The notes: generated from the sequence alone by a model not told the origin. Counted from the first letter of the stretch, positions 1-9,852 are shown. The stretch is 32,000 nt of DNA from Mycobacterium tuberculosis H37Rv (GCF_000195955.2 NC_000962.3:300001-332000); one strand, 5' to 3'. Numbers and translations are program-made.

Positions 1-803
1 ACACCCTCAGTGACCAGAATTCCCTTGACACTGGGCGGCCACACCATGCCCGTCGGGTGGAACTGGACGAACTCCATGTTGATCAGCGTCGCCCCGGCCC
101 GCAGTGCCAACGCGTGCCCGTCTCCGGTGTACTCCCAGGAGTTGGATGTCACCTTGAACGACTTGCCGATCCCGCCAGTGGCAAGCACCACCGCTGGCGC
201 CTCGAACACGATGAACCGGCCGCTTTCCCGCCAGTAGCCGAAGGCTCCGGCGATCGCGCCTTGGTCCTTGAGCAGTTCGGTGATGGTGCATTCGGCGAAC
301 ACTTTGATCCGCGCTTCGTAGTCGCCGAGCTCGGCGTGGTCCTCCTGCTGCAGCGAGACAACCTTTTGCTGCAGGGTGCGGATCAACTCCAGGCCGGTGC
401 GGTCGCCGACGTGCGCCAGTCGCGGATAGGTGTGTCCGCCGAAGTTGCGCTGACTGATTCGGCCATCGTCGGTGCGGTCGAACAGCGCGCCGTAGGTCTC
501 CAACTCCCAGACCCGGTCCGGCGCCTCCTTGGCGTGCAGCTCGGCCATACGCCAGTTGTTCAGGAACTTTCCACCGCGCATCGTGTCGCCGAAGTGAGTC
601 TTCCAATTGTCCTTCGGGTTGGCGTTGCCCATCGCGGCCGCGCAGCCGCCTTCGGCCATGACCGTGTGGGCCTTGCCGAATAGGGATTTGCACACGACGG
701 CTACTTTCAAGCCGCGTTCCCGCGCCTCGATGACCGCGCGTAACCCCGCGCCGCCGGCACCGATCACGACTACGTCGTAGGAGTGCCGCTCGACCTCAAC
801 CAT
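1..803 (-). CDS. sdhA: Succinate dehydrogenase/fumarate reductase flavoprotein subunit, N-terminal part (C-terminus runs off the window; Rv0248c-like)
   Basis: Minus-strand translation from ATG at 803 gives MVEVERHSYDVVVIGAGGAGLRAVIEARERGLKVAVVCKSLFGKAHTVMAEGGCAAAMG... with the FAD-binding GAGGAG motif and the HTVMAEGG covalent-flavin region typical of SdhA/FrdA. The frame stays open to base 1. Confidence 0.95.
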   Translation of the reverse strand, partial: MVEVERHSYDVVVIGAGGAGLRAVIEARERGLKVAVVCKSLFGKAHTVMAEGGCAAAMGNANPKDNWKTHFGDTMRGGKFLNNWRMAELHAKEAPDRVWELETYGALFDRTDDGRISQRNFGGHTYPRLAHVGDRTGLELIRTLQQKVVSLQQEDHAELGDYEARIKVFAECTITELLKDQGAIAGAFGYWRESGRFIVFEAPAVVLATGGIGKSFKVTSNSWEYTGDGHALALRAGATLINMEFVQFHPTGMVWPPSVKGILVTEG

Positions 804-833
804 AAAACCTCGCTCAGCTTCTGAAACGATCCT

Positions 834-1655
834 TCAGCCAATAAATCTGAGATCTGTGATGCTGCCACTGGCCACCAGCATGATGTAGAAATCGGTGAGC
901 GCCAGGGTCCCCAGCGTGATCCACGCGAATTGCATGTGTCGGGTATTGAGCTTGCTGACCTGTGTCCAGATCCAGTATCGCACTGGGTGCTTGGAGAAAT
1001 GCTTGAGCCGACCGCCGGTGGCGTGCCGGCACGAATGGCACGAGATGGTGTATGCCCACAGCAGAACCACATTGATCGTCAAAATGACATTGCCCAAACC
1101 GAAGCCGAATCCGGACGGCGAGTGAAATGCCGCGATCGCGTCATAGGTGTTGATCAGCGACACCACCACCGCGATATAGAAGAAATACCGGTGGGTGTTC
1201 TGGACGATCAGCGGAAGCCGGGTTTCACCGGTGTAATGAGCCCGCGGCTCGGGCACTGCGCAGCTTGTCGGCGACTGCCATACCGACCGGTAGTAGGCCT
1301 TGCGGTAATAATAGCAGGTGAGCCGGAATCCAAGCAGGAACGGTAATACCATCGCTCCCAACGGAATCCACCCTGGAAAATGCCCGAACCAGACGCCGAG
1401 ATGACTGGCGCCGGGCTGGCAGGACGCGCTGACGCACGGCGAGTAGAACGGCGTCAGGTAATGATATTTTTCCACCCAGTATTGGCTGCCCCAGAACGCC
1501 CGAGTGGTCGCATAGCAGATGAACGCCAAAAGACCGAGGTTGGTCAGCAGCGGTGGCAACCACCAGAGGTCGGTGCGAAGCGTCCGTTCTGGGATTTGTG
1601 CGCGGGTGGGTGTGAAAACGCCGATCGCAGGACGGTTCGCCGTGGGTGCGCTCAT
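834..1655 (-). CDS. Succinate dehydrogenase membrane anchor/cytochrome b subunit (273 aa; Rv0249c-like)
   Basis: Hydrophobic multi-pass protein directly upstream of the flavoprotein on the same strand. Confidence 0.85.
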   Translation of the reverse strand: MSAPTANRPAIGVFTPTRAQIPERTLRTDLWWLPPLLTNLGLLAFICYATTRAFWGSQYWVEKYHYLTPFYSPCVSASCQPGASHLGVWFGHFPGWIPLGAMVLPFLLGFRLTCYYYRKAYYRSVWQSPTSCAVPEPRAHYTGETRLPLIVQNTHRYFFYIAVVVSLINTYDAIAAFHSPSGFGFGLGNVILTINVVLLWAYTISCHSCRHATGGRLKHFSKHPVRYWIWTQVSKLNTRHMQFAWITLGTLALTDFYIMLVASGSITDLRFIG

Positions 1656-1734
1656 CTAATGTGATCCTCTTCGCGTGTTATCTCGTCGAAGGGTACACAG
1701 AGAACGGCCCCCTTTTTCTGGGGGGCTCGGTTGT

Positions 1735-2028
1735 TCAGTACCTGTGACCTCCGACACCCTCATCGTCGACATCGCGCCAAAATTCGCGATCGTACTCGGT
1801 GTCGGGGATGGCGATTTTCTCGCTGGGTTGCGGTACGGCGGCCCGTTCCAGGTCTAATTCAGAGACGTCGGTGTCGAGCAATTCGATGTCGGTGAGGATC
1901 CGGTCGGCATCGATCACGATGCGACGCGTTGCCGGGTTGTCGCCGAATCGCGCCTTCAGTGCGGTCACGCACCGCCGCAGTCCGCCGACGAGGTCGTGCA
2001 GTTCGGCGAGTTCGGCAGTCGTGGACAA
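1735..2028 (-). CDS. Conserved small protein of unknown function (97 aa; Rv0250c-like)
   Basis: Intact acidic ORF MSTTAELAELHDLVGGLRRCVTALKARFGDNPATRR..., same orientation as the sdh genes. Confidence 0.8.
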   Translation of the reverse strand: MSTTAELAELHDLVGGLRRCVTALKARFGDNPATRRIVIDADRILTDIELLDTDVSELDLERAAVPQPSEKIAIPDTEYDREFWRDVDDEGVGGHRY

Positions 2029-2172
2029 TGGGTGCTCCCTGGGCTGGCGGTGTTACAGATCACAGTACGCTCCCGATACTAGCTATCGACGGACGGAGTC
2101 GTTGGGTCTACTCGGCCCAATGGCATGATCCGGCGGACCCATCGGCCCGGCCGGATCATGCCGTATCGCGAA

Positions 2173-2652
2173 CTACTTCGTGATGGCGATGCGCTGCGCC
2201 TGAGTTTCGGCTGGGGCCTTGTAGGCGCCGGCAACCCGGACGGTCAGCACACCGGCGTCATAGGAAGCCGCGATGGCCTCGCTGGTGACGTGCGCGGGCA
2301 GCCGGAACGAGCGGCGGAATGATCCGTAGCGGATCTCACGCAGGGTGCGGCCGTCTTTGTCTCCGGCGTCTTGCGTGTGCTCGTCGCGGTGTTCGCCGCG
2401 GATCACCAGGCGGCTCACCGGCTGGCCAGGGTCAAGCTCGACGTTGACGTCCTTGTCGACGTCAATGCCGGGCAGTTCCAAACGGACCACCGCGTCGTCG
2501 CCATCCTTGACGATCTCGGCGGCCGGCGTGAAGTCTCCGGCGACCGGGCGGTACCAGTCCGTCGTCGCGGCAGGGCCGAAGAAGTCACGTAGCCAGCGGT
2601 CCCAGGGCTCAACGTCCCACACCGGACGCGACCACAATGCGAGATTGTTCAT
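2173..2652 (-). CDS. acr2: Hsp20/alpha-crystallin family small heat shock protein (Acr2; Rv0251c-like)
   Basis: 159 aa with alpha-crystallin domain signatures ELPGIDVDKDVNVELD...RLVIRGEHR...REIRYGSFRRSFRLPAHV...DAGVLTVRV. Confidence 0.95.
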   Translation of the reverse strand: MNNLALWSRPVWDVEPWDRWLRDFFGPAATTDWYRPVAGDFTPAAEIVKDGDDAVVRLELPGIDVDKDVNVELDPGQPVSRLVIRGEHRDEHTQDAGDKDGRTLREIRYGSFRRSFRLPAHVTSEAIAASYDAGVLTVRVAGAYKAPAETQAQRIAITK

Positions 2653-2720
2653 GGTTATCTCCTCATGCTTCGTTGTGAGTTAGCTGTGTCCGGCGCGTTG
2701 CCGGCCCGCTATACCAAGAA

Positions 2721-2741
2721 CCTGAGTCGACCACGCTTAAG
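2721..2741 (-). promoter_or_regulatory. HAIR-like inverted repeat (candidate HspR operator) upstream of acr2
   Basis: Minus strand CTTAAGC-GTGGTCG-ACTCAGG compared with the known HAIR consensus CTTGAGT-N7-ACTCAAG: 11 of 14 arm bases match with exact N7 spacing. Confidence 0.75.
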
Positions 2742-2865
2742 TTCCACCTCGGCGTTCACCGGAAGCGAACACTGTCACACAGCCGGTCGCCAGGTGTGAT
2801 CACAGCGTCATATGTGCGTCACATTCGGCGATTTTTCGGTAATTTGCCCCTCATACCCTCAGACC

Positions 2866-5427
2866 ATGCCTACGGCTGGGAGTTCGCGCGCGCCTGCCGC
2901 GGCTCGCGAGATCGTCGTGGTCGGCCACGGCATGGTGGGCCATCGGCTGGTCGAAGCGGTGCGTGCCCGTGACGCGGACGGGTCGCTGCGGATCACGGTG
3001 CTGGCCGAGGAGGGCGATGCGGCCTATGACCGGGTCGGCCTGACGTCCTATACCGAAAGCTGGGACCGCGCCCTGTTGGCCTTGCCGGGTAACGATTACG
3101 CCGGTGACCAGCGGGTTCGGTTGCTACTAAACACCCGAGTCACCCAGATTGACCGGGCAACCAAGTCGGTGGTCACCGCGGCAGGGCAACGGCATCGCTA
3201 CGACACCCTGGTGCTGGCCACCGGCTCCTACGCATTCGTCCCGCCGGTGCCCGGCCACGACCTGCCCGCGTGCCACGTCTACCGCACCTTTGACGATCTC
3301 GACGCTATCCGCGCCGGCGCCCAGCGCACCCTGGACGGCGGTCACACCGATGGCGGGGTGGTTATCGGTGGCGGCCTGCTGGGCCTGGAAGCCGCCAATG
3401 CGCTGCGCCAGTTCGGGTTGCAGACACACGTCGTCGAGATGATGCCACGATTGATGGCCCAACAGATCGACGAGGCCGGGGGTGCACTACTGGCCAGGAT
3501 GATCGCCGATCTCGGGATCGCGGTGCACGTCGGGACCGGTACCGAGTCGATCGAGTCGGTGAAGCATTCGGATGGCTCGGTGTGGGCGCGGGTTCGCCTG
3601 AGCGACGGCGAGGTGATCGATGCTGGGGTGGTGATCTTTGCCGCCGGCATCCGGCCGCGCGACGAGTTGGCCAGGGCGGCGGGGCTGGCGATCGGCGACC
3701 GGGGCGGTGTGCTCACCGACTTGTCCTGCCGGACAAGCGATCCCGATATCTACGCGGTCGGCGAAGTCGCCGCGATAGACGGGCGGTGTTACGGCCTGGT
3801 CGGGCCCGGATACACCAGCGCCGAGGTGGTGGCCGACCGACTGCTGGACGGGTCGGCCGAGTTCCCCGAAGCGGACCTGTCGACCAAACTCAAGCTGTTG
3901 GGTGTCGACGTCGCCAGCTTCGGCGACGCGATGGGGGCAACCGAGAACTGCCTCGAGGTTGTCATCAATGACGCGGTGAAGCGCACATATGCCAAGTTGG
4001 TGCTCTCCGACGACGCCACCACGCTGCTCGGTGGCGTGCTGGTGGGCGATGCCTCGTCGTACGGGGTGCTGCGGCCGATGGTCGGCGCCGAACTGCCCGG
4101 GGATCCCCTGGCGCTGATCGCGCCGGCCGGATCTGGGGCCGGCGCTGGCGCTTTAGGTGTTGGGGCGCTGCCGGATTCGGCCCAGATCTGCTCGTGCAAC
4201 AACGTCACCAAGGGCGAGCTGAAGTGCGCGATTGCCGACGGTTGTGGGGACGTTCCCGCGCTGAAGTCATGCACCGCGGCCGGCACGTCGTGTGGGTCGT
4301 GCGTGCCGCTGCTCAAGCAGCTGCTAGAAGCCGAGGGTGTGGAGCAGTCCAAGGCGCTGTGCGAGCACTTCAGCCAGTCGCGCGCGGAGCTTTTTGAAAT
4401 CATCACCGCCACCGAAGTCCGGACTTTCTCCGGGTTGCTTGACCGCTTTGGACGCGGAAAGGGTTGCGACATCTGCAAACCCGTGGTCGCCTCTATCCTG
4501 GCATCCACCGGCTCCGACCACATTTTGGACGGCGAGCAGGCCTCGCTACAAGATTCCAACGACCACTTCCTGGCCAACATCCAGAAGAACGGCAGTTACT
4601 CGGTGGTGCCGAGGGTGCCTGGCGGTGACATCAAGCCAGAACACCTGATTTTGATCGGCCAGATCGCACAGGACTTCGGCCTCTACACCAAGATCACCGG
4701 CGGTCAGCGGATCGACTTGTTCGGCGCCCGGGTGGATCAGCTGCCCTTGATCTGGCAGCGACTGGTTGATGGCGGCATGGAATCTGGGCACGCCTACGGC
4801 AAGGCGGTGCGGACCGTGAAGAGCTGCGTGGGCAGCGACTGGTGCCGCTACGGTCAGCAGGATTCGGTGCAGCTGGCCATCGACCTGGAACTGCGTTATC
4901 GCGGGCTACGGGCACCGCACAAAATAAAGCTGGGCGTCTCGGGTTGCGCGCGGGAATGCGCCGAGGCGCGCGGCAAGGATGTGGGCGTGATCGCCACCGA
5001 GAAAGGCTGGAACCTTTACGTCGCCGGCAACGGCGGCATGACGCCCAAGCACGCTCAACTACTGGCCAGCGACCTCGACAAAGAGACGCTCATCCGCTAC
5101 ATCGACCGCTTTCTCATTTACTACATCCGCACGGCCGACCGGCTGCAGCGAACCGCGCCATGGGTGGAATCGCTTGGGCTGGACCATGTGCGCGAGGTGG
5201 TCTGCGAGGACTCGCTGGGTCTGGCCGAGGAATTCGAGGCCGCGATGCAACGCCATGTCGCCAACTACAAGTGCGAGTGGAAGGGCGTGCTGGAGGACCC
5301 GGACAAGCTGTCCCGGTTCGTTTCCTTCGTCAACGCCCCCGATGCCGTCGACTCGACGGTGACCTTCACCGAGCGTGCCGGGCGCAAAGTACCTGTGTCC
5401 ATTGGTATCCCGCGGGTCCGATCATGA
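2866..5427 (+). CDS. nirB: Assimilatory NAD(P)H nitrite reductase large subunit (853 aa; Rv0252-like)
   Basis: N-terminal FAD/NAD domain (VVVGHGMVGHRLVEAV), Bfd-like 2Fe-2S cysteines (CSCNNVTKGELKCAI, CTAAGTSCGSCVP), and siroheme/4Fe-4S motifs (CVGSDWCRYG, GVSGCARECAEA). The track ORF starts at 2812; ATG at 2866 gives the shorter conventional protein. Confidence 0.97.
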   Translation: MPTAGSSRAPAAAREIVVVGHGMVGHRLVEAVRARDADGSLRITVLAEEGDAAYDRVGLTSYTESWDRALLALPGNDYAGDQRVRLLLNTRVTQIDRATKSVVTAAGQRHRYDTLVLATGSYAFVPPVPGHDLPACHVYRTFDDLDAIRAGAQRTLDGGHTDGGVVIGGGLLGLEAANALRQFGLQTHVVEMMPRLMAQQIDEAGGALLARMIADLGIAVHVGTGTESIESVKHSDGSVWARVRLSDGEVIDAGVVIFAAGIRPRDELARAAGLAIGDRGGVLTDLSCRTSDPDIYAVGEVAAIDGRCYGLVGPGYTSAEVVADRLLDGSAEFPEADLSTKLKLLGVDVASFGDAMGATENCLEVVINDAVKRTYAKLVLSDDATTLLGGVLVGDASSYGVLRPMVGAELPGDPLALIAPAGSGAGAGALGVGALPDSAQICSCNNVTKGELKCAIADGCGDVPALKSCTAAGTSCGSCVPLLKQLLEAEGVEQSKALCEHFSQSRAELFEIITATEVRTFSGLLDRFGRGKGCDICKPVVASILASTGSDHILDGEQASLQDSNDHFLANIQKNGSYSVVPRVPGGDIKPEHLILIGQIAQDFGLYTKITGGQRIDLFGARVDQLPLIWQRLVDGGMESGHAYGKAVRTVKSCVGSDWCRYGQQDSVQLAIDLELRYRGLRAPHKIKLGVSGCARECAEARGKDVGVIATEKGWNLYVAGNGGMTPKHAQLLASDLDKETLIRYIDRFLIYYIRTADRLQRTAPWVESLGLDHVREVVCEDSLGLAEEFEAAMQRHVANYKCEWKGVLEDPDKLSRFVSFVNAPDAVDSTVTFTERAGRKVPVSIGIPRVRS

Positions 5428-5452
5428 AGTCCGGGAGGACAAAGGAGGGACT

Positions 5453-5809
5453 GTGACGCTTCTCAACGACATTCAGGTATGGACCACCGCCTGCGCATAC
5501 GACCATCTCATTCCGGGACGTGGTGTCGGGGTGTTACTCGATGACGGTAGTCAGGTGGCACTGTTCCGGCTCGACGACGGCTCGGTGCACGCGGTCGGTA
5601 ACGTCGACCCGTTCTCCGGTGCTGCGGTGATGTCCCGCGGCATCGTCGGTGATCGCGGAGGTCGCGCCATGGTGCAATCGCCGATCCTGAAGCAGGCTTT
5701 CGCGCTCGACGATGGCTCGTGCCTCGACGATCCGCGCGTTTCGGTGCCGGTGTATCCGGCGCGCGTCACACCCGAAGGCCGCATTCAGGTCGCGCGGGTA
5801 GCGGTCTAG
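5453..5809 (+). CDS. nirD: Nitrite reductase small subunit, Rieske-like (118 aa; Rv0253-like)
   Basis: GTG start at 5453 preceded by AAAGGAGGG. Product MTLLNDIQVWTTACAYDHLIPGRGVGVLLDDGSQVALFRLDDGSVHAVGNVDPFSGAAVMSRGIVGD..., directly downstream of nirB. Confidence 0.94.
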   Translation: MTLLNDIQVWTTACAYDHLIPGRGVGVLLDDGSQVALFRLDDGSVHAVGNVDPFSGAAVMSRGIVGDRGGRAMVQSPILKQAFALDDGSCLDDPRVSVPVYPARVTPEGRIQVARVAV

Positions 5810-5824
5810 CTCACCCCGCGAACC

Positions 5825-6349
5825 TCACAGCTTGAGCACACGTCCGGCGATGACCAGATGTACCTCATCGCAGACGGCTGCCACGCGTCGGTTGATTGTG
5901 CCCAGTAGATCGCGAAACAGCACGCCCGAAGAATGGGATGGCACCACCCCGAGGCCGACCTCGTTCGTCACCACGATCGCAGTGGGCAATCCGGTCAGCG
6001 CGGCGCACAACCCGTCGAGCCGTGCCTCGAGGACGGCGTAGACGTCCGCGGTCGCAGCAGACCACAACGCCTCGCCATCCATGATGGCCGTCAGCCAGGT
6101 GCCCAAGCAGTCCACGAGCACGGGACTTCGTGCCTCGGACAAAGCCGTCGCGACGTCGGCCGTTTCCACCGTTAGCCAGGTCGGTGGGCGGCGAGCGCGA
6201 TGCAGTGCGACCCGGGCGTCCCAATCGGGATCGCTGCCAGCGGCCGGGCGGCCAGGCGCGACGTAGACGACGTCGGCCGCATCGCCCAACAACGCTTCGG
6301 CGTGCGTGGACTTTCCCGAGCGGACGCCGCCAGTGACCAGTATCCGCAC
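5825..6349 (-). CDS. cobU: Bifunctional adenosylcobinamide kinase/phosphate guanylyltransferase (174 aa; Rv0254c-like)
   Basis: MRILVTGGVRSGKSTHAEALLGDAADVVYVAPG (P-loop plus CobU N-terminal signature). Confidence 0.95.
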   Translation of the reverse strand: MRILVTGGVRSGKSTHAEALLGDAADVVYVAPGRPAAGSDPDWDARVALHRARRPPTWLTVETADVATALSEARSPVLVDCLGTWLTAIMDGEALWSAATADVYAVLEARLDGLCAALTGLPTAIVVTNEVGLGVVPSHSSGVLFRDLLGTINRRVAAVCDEVHLVIAGRVLKL

Positions 6350-6373
6350 CGGGTCATCGTAGGTGGGGCGGCC

Positions 6374-7858
6374 TCATGGCGCGCCCGGAGCGAGAAAGGG
6401 CAAGGTCGGCGGGCAACCATGGCGGGCCAGGTTGAGCAGCGCATCGACGTCGAGGTGTCGTTCGACGAGATCGCCGAGCAGGTCGAGGCGGCGCTCGCGT
6501 GCGGCCAGGAAGCATGAGCCCGACGGGGCGAGGCCGAGCGTCTCTCGCAGGAAGGCCTCGCGCAGGGCGTCGCCTTCCAACGAGCCGTGCCACATGGTGC
6601 CGAACACCGGTCCGTCGCGCGCGCCGCCGAGGAACTCCTCGGCGGTGTCACCGCGGGTGATCCGGCCGTGGTGAATCTCGTACCCCGACGCGGGCACACC
6701 GAGTCCTTCGCCGCGCGGTAGCCGCAGCACCTTGTGGGGGGAAAATGCGGTCTCCACGTCGAGCAAACCCAAGCCCTCGACCTCGGTCACCTGCCCTCCC
6801 GGACCTTCGATGCCGTACGGGTCGCGAATCACCCGGCCCAGCATCTGGAACCCGCCACAAATGCCGAGCAGCGGCTTGCCCGCCGCAACATGCACCAGCA
6901 GCGCACGATCTAGGTCTCGCGCCCTCAGCCAGGCTAGATCGGCGATCGTTGCCCGGGTGCCCGGCAACACGATCAGATCGGCATCGTCCAGCGCGCGGGG
7001 GTCGGAAGCGAACACGACATCCAAGTCGGGCTCAAGACCCAATGCGTCGACATCGGTGAAGTTGCTGATTCGTGGCAGGCGCACGACGGCTACCCGGCGG
7101 GCCCCGGTGCCCGCCGCGCGCCGGCCCTGTAGGTCGAGGGCATCTTCGGAGTCCAGCCAGAGGTCGGGGTGCCACGGCAGGGTGCCGTACACCCTGCGCC
7201 CGGTGACCCGTTCCAGGTCGCGCAGACCTGGCGCCAGCAGGTCGGAGTCGCCCCGAAACTTATTGACCACAAACCCCGCGACCAGCGCCTGGTCCTCGGC
7301 AGCCAGCAACGCGACGGTGCCCAGGAACGCAGCGAACACCCCGCCGCGGTCGATGTCACCGACGACGATGGTCGGCAGTCCCGCATGACGGGCAAGCCCC
7401 ATGTTGACGTAGTCACCTGCGCGCAGGTTGATTTCGGCCGGGCTGCCGGCGCCCTCCGCGACAACGACGTCGTAGCGGGCGGCGAGGGCGTCGAAGGCGC
7501 GGCATGCGGCCTCGGCGAGCGCTCGCCGCCCCGCACACCAGCTTGACGACGCCACCTCGCCCCAGGGCTTGCCCATCAACACCACGTGGCTGCGGTGATC
7601 ACTGGCCGGCTTGAGCAAGACCGGGTTCATCGCCGCCTCGGGCGTGGTCCTAGCCGCGAGTGCCTGCACCCATTGCGCCCGACCGATCTCCACGCCCGTG
7701 CCGTCGGGGCCTCGGCAGACCATCGAGTTGTTGGACATGTTCTGCGCCTTAAACGGCGCCACCCGCACACCGCGTCGGGCCAACGCGCGGCACAGCCCCG
7801 CGGTCACGGCGCTCTTACCGGCGTCGCTTGTCGTACCCGCGACCAGCAGACCCGACAT
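6374..7858 (-). CDS. cobQ: Cobyric acid synthase (494 aa; Rv0255c-like)
   Basis: MSGLLVAGTTSDAGKSAVTAGLCRALARRGV...; glutamine amidotransferase motif GICGGFQMLG and YEIHHGR. Confidence 0.96.
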   Translation of the reverse strand: MSGLLVAGTTSDAGKSAVTAGLCRALARRGVRVAPFKAQNMSNNSMVCRGPDGTGVEIGRAQWVQALAARTTPEAAMNPVLLKPASDHRSHVVLMGKPWGEVASSSWCAGRRALAEAACRAFDALAARYDVVVAEGAGSPAEINLRAGDYVNMGLARHAGLPTIVVGDIDRGGVFAAFLGTVALLAAEDQALVAGFVVNKFRGDSDLLAPGLRDLERVTGRRVYGTLPWHPDLWLDSEDALDLQGRRAAGTGARRVAVVRLPRISNFTDVDALGLEPDLDVVFASDPRALDDADLIVLPGTRATIADLAWLRARDLDRALLVHVAAGKPLLGICGGFQMLGRVIRDPYGIEGPGGQVTEVEGLGLLDVETAFSPHKVLRLPRGEGLGVPASGYEIHHGRITRGDTAEEFLGGARDGPVFGTMWHGSLEGDALREAFLRETLGLAPSGSCFLAARERRLDLLGDLVERHLDVDALLNLARHGCPPTLPFLAPGAP

Positions 7859-7876
7859 CCGTCTCCCGAAGGTTTC

Positions 7877-9547
7877 TCACTCCACCCGGGTCGCTGAGTC
7901 GGTGTCCCAGGTTCCGGGCATCATTGGCGTGCGTGGGCTGCCGCCGAACGCGTCGTTGGGTAACGTGATCAGTCCTGCGACTTGTCCGGGACTGGCCTTG
8001 TGGGTTGTTCCGGCGAAACCCAGGGTTCCCGCTCCTTGAGGCGAACCCGTCGGGTCGTGGCCGGTTTCGGGGTCTAAATCCAGGTATTCGTAACCGCGGC
8101 CGAGCTGTTTGATCTTTGGCCGCCGACGCCGCTGCGGTTGAACCTGTTCCTCGGGCGCCGCCGCGGCCGCTGGGGCCTCGGCGCTGTCGGGTTCCGGCGT
8201 CTTCTTTCGAACGCCGGTGCCGACGGCCTTCCTGGCCTGCGCCGCCGAGTTCAGGTCACCCACCAGGTACCCGAAGCTTTGTATGCCGGCTCCGGTCACC
8301 GGCGGCGGGGCGGTCACCGGCGGCGGTGGCGGCCCGGGCGGGGGCGTCGGCGCGGTCACGGCCGTGGGGGCCGGGGCTGGGGCTGGAGTTGGGGTGGGGG
8401 TCGGGATACTCGGGGCAATCGCCGCGACCGGCGGGATGACGGGCGGCGCGGATGGCGGGATGCCAACCAGGCCCGCCAGCCCAGACAAGCCCGCGAAGCC
8501 GCCTGCTGCACTCGCAGGGGCAAGGGTCAACGGCGCCAGCGGGGCGGCTAGCAGGGGCAGCGCCGCCGGGAGCAACGCAAGAGTTTGCTCGAGCAGCGTT
8601 TTAACCAGCGCGATGGTATCGGTGATGATCGTGCCAATGGCTTCGACCGTGGTGAACATCAGGGTAAAAGCGATAGTTGCGGGATTGCCCGACGCGAACG
8701 CCGCCGCCAGATCCGCCCCGATGAATGCGAAGGTTTGCGACAGGAAGGCGACATAAGATCCGATGTCCATGGGGTAGCCAAGGGCGAACGCAATGTTGGC
8801 CGGGCTTAGGAAGGTTAGCGGATTACCCAGCGAGGGCAGCCACGGATCAAATCCGGAAAACATCGCTTGCAAAAAGGGGAGGTTGGTCAGCCAGTTGATG
8901 AACGGTTGTATAACGTTGTTGTAGAAGTCGGTATACCCGATCTTCTGCAACCATTGCAGCCATTCCTGGACTTGGTTCGGCTCGTCGGAAGCCGCTGTCG
9001 GCGCGTTGGCTTTCACGATCTGGGGGGCTGGGGTGGTCTGCGGTGCGGCGGCCACCGCCGCGGTCGAGACCGCTTGATAGCTGGCCATCGTGGTGGCGGC
9101 CTGGATCCACATCCGCGCGTAGTCGGACTCGTTGAGCGCGATCGGGATGGTGTTGATGCCGAAGAAGTTCGTCGCCATCAGCACGCCGTGGAGGGCGTGG
9201 TTGGCGCCCAGCTCGGCCAACGTTGGCATCGCGGCCAAGGCGGTGCCGTAGGCGGTGGCCGCGGTTTCTTGCCGGGTGGCCATGGCCGCGCTGTTAGCGC
9301 TGGCCTGCACCAGCCACGCCAGATAAGGGGTATGGGCGGCCACGTAAACCGCGGCGGTCGGGCCGTCCCAGGTGCCGGCCTGTACGGCGGCCAACAGCGC
9401 GGCCAGCTCGTCGGCCGTCTCCGCGTAGGCGATGCTCAACGAGTGCCACCCCTCGGCCGACACCAGCAGCGGACCGGGCCCAGGCCCGCTGCTTAGCAGC
9501 GCCGAGTGCACCTCTGGGGGCGAAGCCATCCAGATCGGGGCGGTCAT
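7877..9547 (-). CDS. PPE2: PPE family protein (PPE2, Rv0256c-like)
   Basis: N-terminal PPE domain [79 protein letters not shown]..., a long Pro/Thr/Ala-rich stretch, and a basic C-terminal segment RRRRPKIK. Confidence 0.96.
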   Translation of the reverse strand: MTAPIWMASPPEVHSALLSSGPGPGPLLVSAEGWHSLSIAYAETADELAALLAAVQAGTWDGPTAAVYVAAHTPYLAWLVQASANSAAMATRQETAATAYGTALAAMPTLAELGANHALHGVLMATNFFGINTIPIALNESDYARMWIQAATTMASYQAVSTAAVAAAPQTTPAPQIVKANAPTAASDEPNQVQEWLQWLQKIGYTDFYNNVIQPFINWLTNLPFLQAMFSGFDPWLPSLGNPLTFLSPANIAFALGYPMDIGSYVAFLSQTFAFIGADLAAAFASGNPATIAFTLMFTTVEAIGTIITDTIALVKTLLEQTLALLPAALPLLAAPLAPLTLAPASAAGGFAGLSGLAGLVGIPPSAPPVIPPVAAIAPSIPTPTPTPAPAPAPTAVTAPTPPPGPPPPPVTAPPPVTGAGIQSFGYLVGDLNSAAQARKAVGTGVRKKTPEPDSAEAPAAAAAPEEQVQPQRRRRPKIKQLGRGYEYLDLDPETGHDPTGSPQGAGTLGFAGTTHKASPGQVAGLITLPNDAFGGSPRTPMMPGTWDTDSATRVE

Positions 9548-9687
9548 CGGCGGCTGACCGCCGGCGGAGGTGTCGTCGCGTCGCGAGCAGCCACGTTAAG
9601 GCCCAGCAGCGTGGTGGTGGCCCGACCGCTAGACAAGGTTTGGAGCGTCATGACCGGTTAGCTTTCTCGGGGTACACCGCCCCGGGT

Positions 9688-9852
9688 GGCAGGACGCGAT
9701 GACGCGAGTCTCCTGGCTCCCGGATCGTTGCTTGCCTCGCCTTCCAGCCTGTGGCCGTGGCTTACGAGGGTCGCTCCCCGGTGACAGTGGCGGGACCGCG
9801 CCGGATTCTCACCGGCTTCCTGCATCGTCATCGCCTGACGGGAAGAATATTG
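9688..9852 (-). ncRNA. Cobalamin (B12) riboswitch in the PPE2-cobQ-cobU leader
   Basis: Minus strand carries AGGAAGCCGGTGAGAATCCGGCGCGGTCCCGCCACTGT (9800-9821 for the AGGAAGCCGGTGAGAATCCGGC core) followed by the B12-box-like GGGAGCCAGGAGAC (GCCAGGAGAC at 9708-9717), in canonical order. Outer boundaries are approximate. Confidence 0.93.

Noticed and set aside
7-693. 228-aa minus ORF at the window start
   Set aside because: It is in a different frame from the clearly conserved SdhA translation (1-803) and has the Arg/Gly-rich composition of a shadow ORF.
8280-8420. Repetitive-looking C/G tract considered as a tandem repeat or CRISPR-like array
   Set aside because: It encodes the Pro/Thr/Ala-rich linker of PPE2. 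There is no regular repeat-spacer structure.
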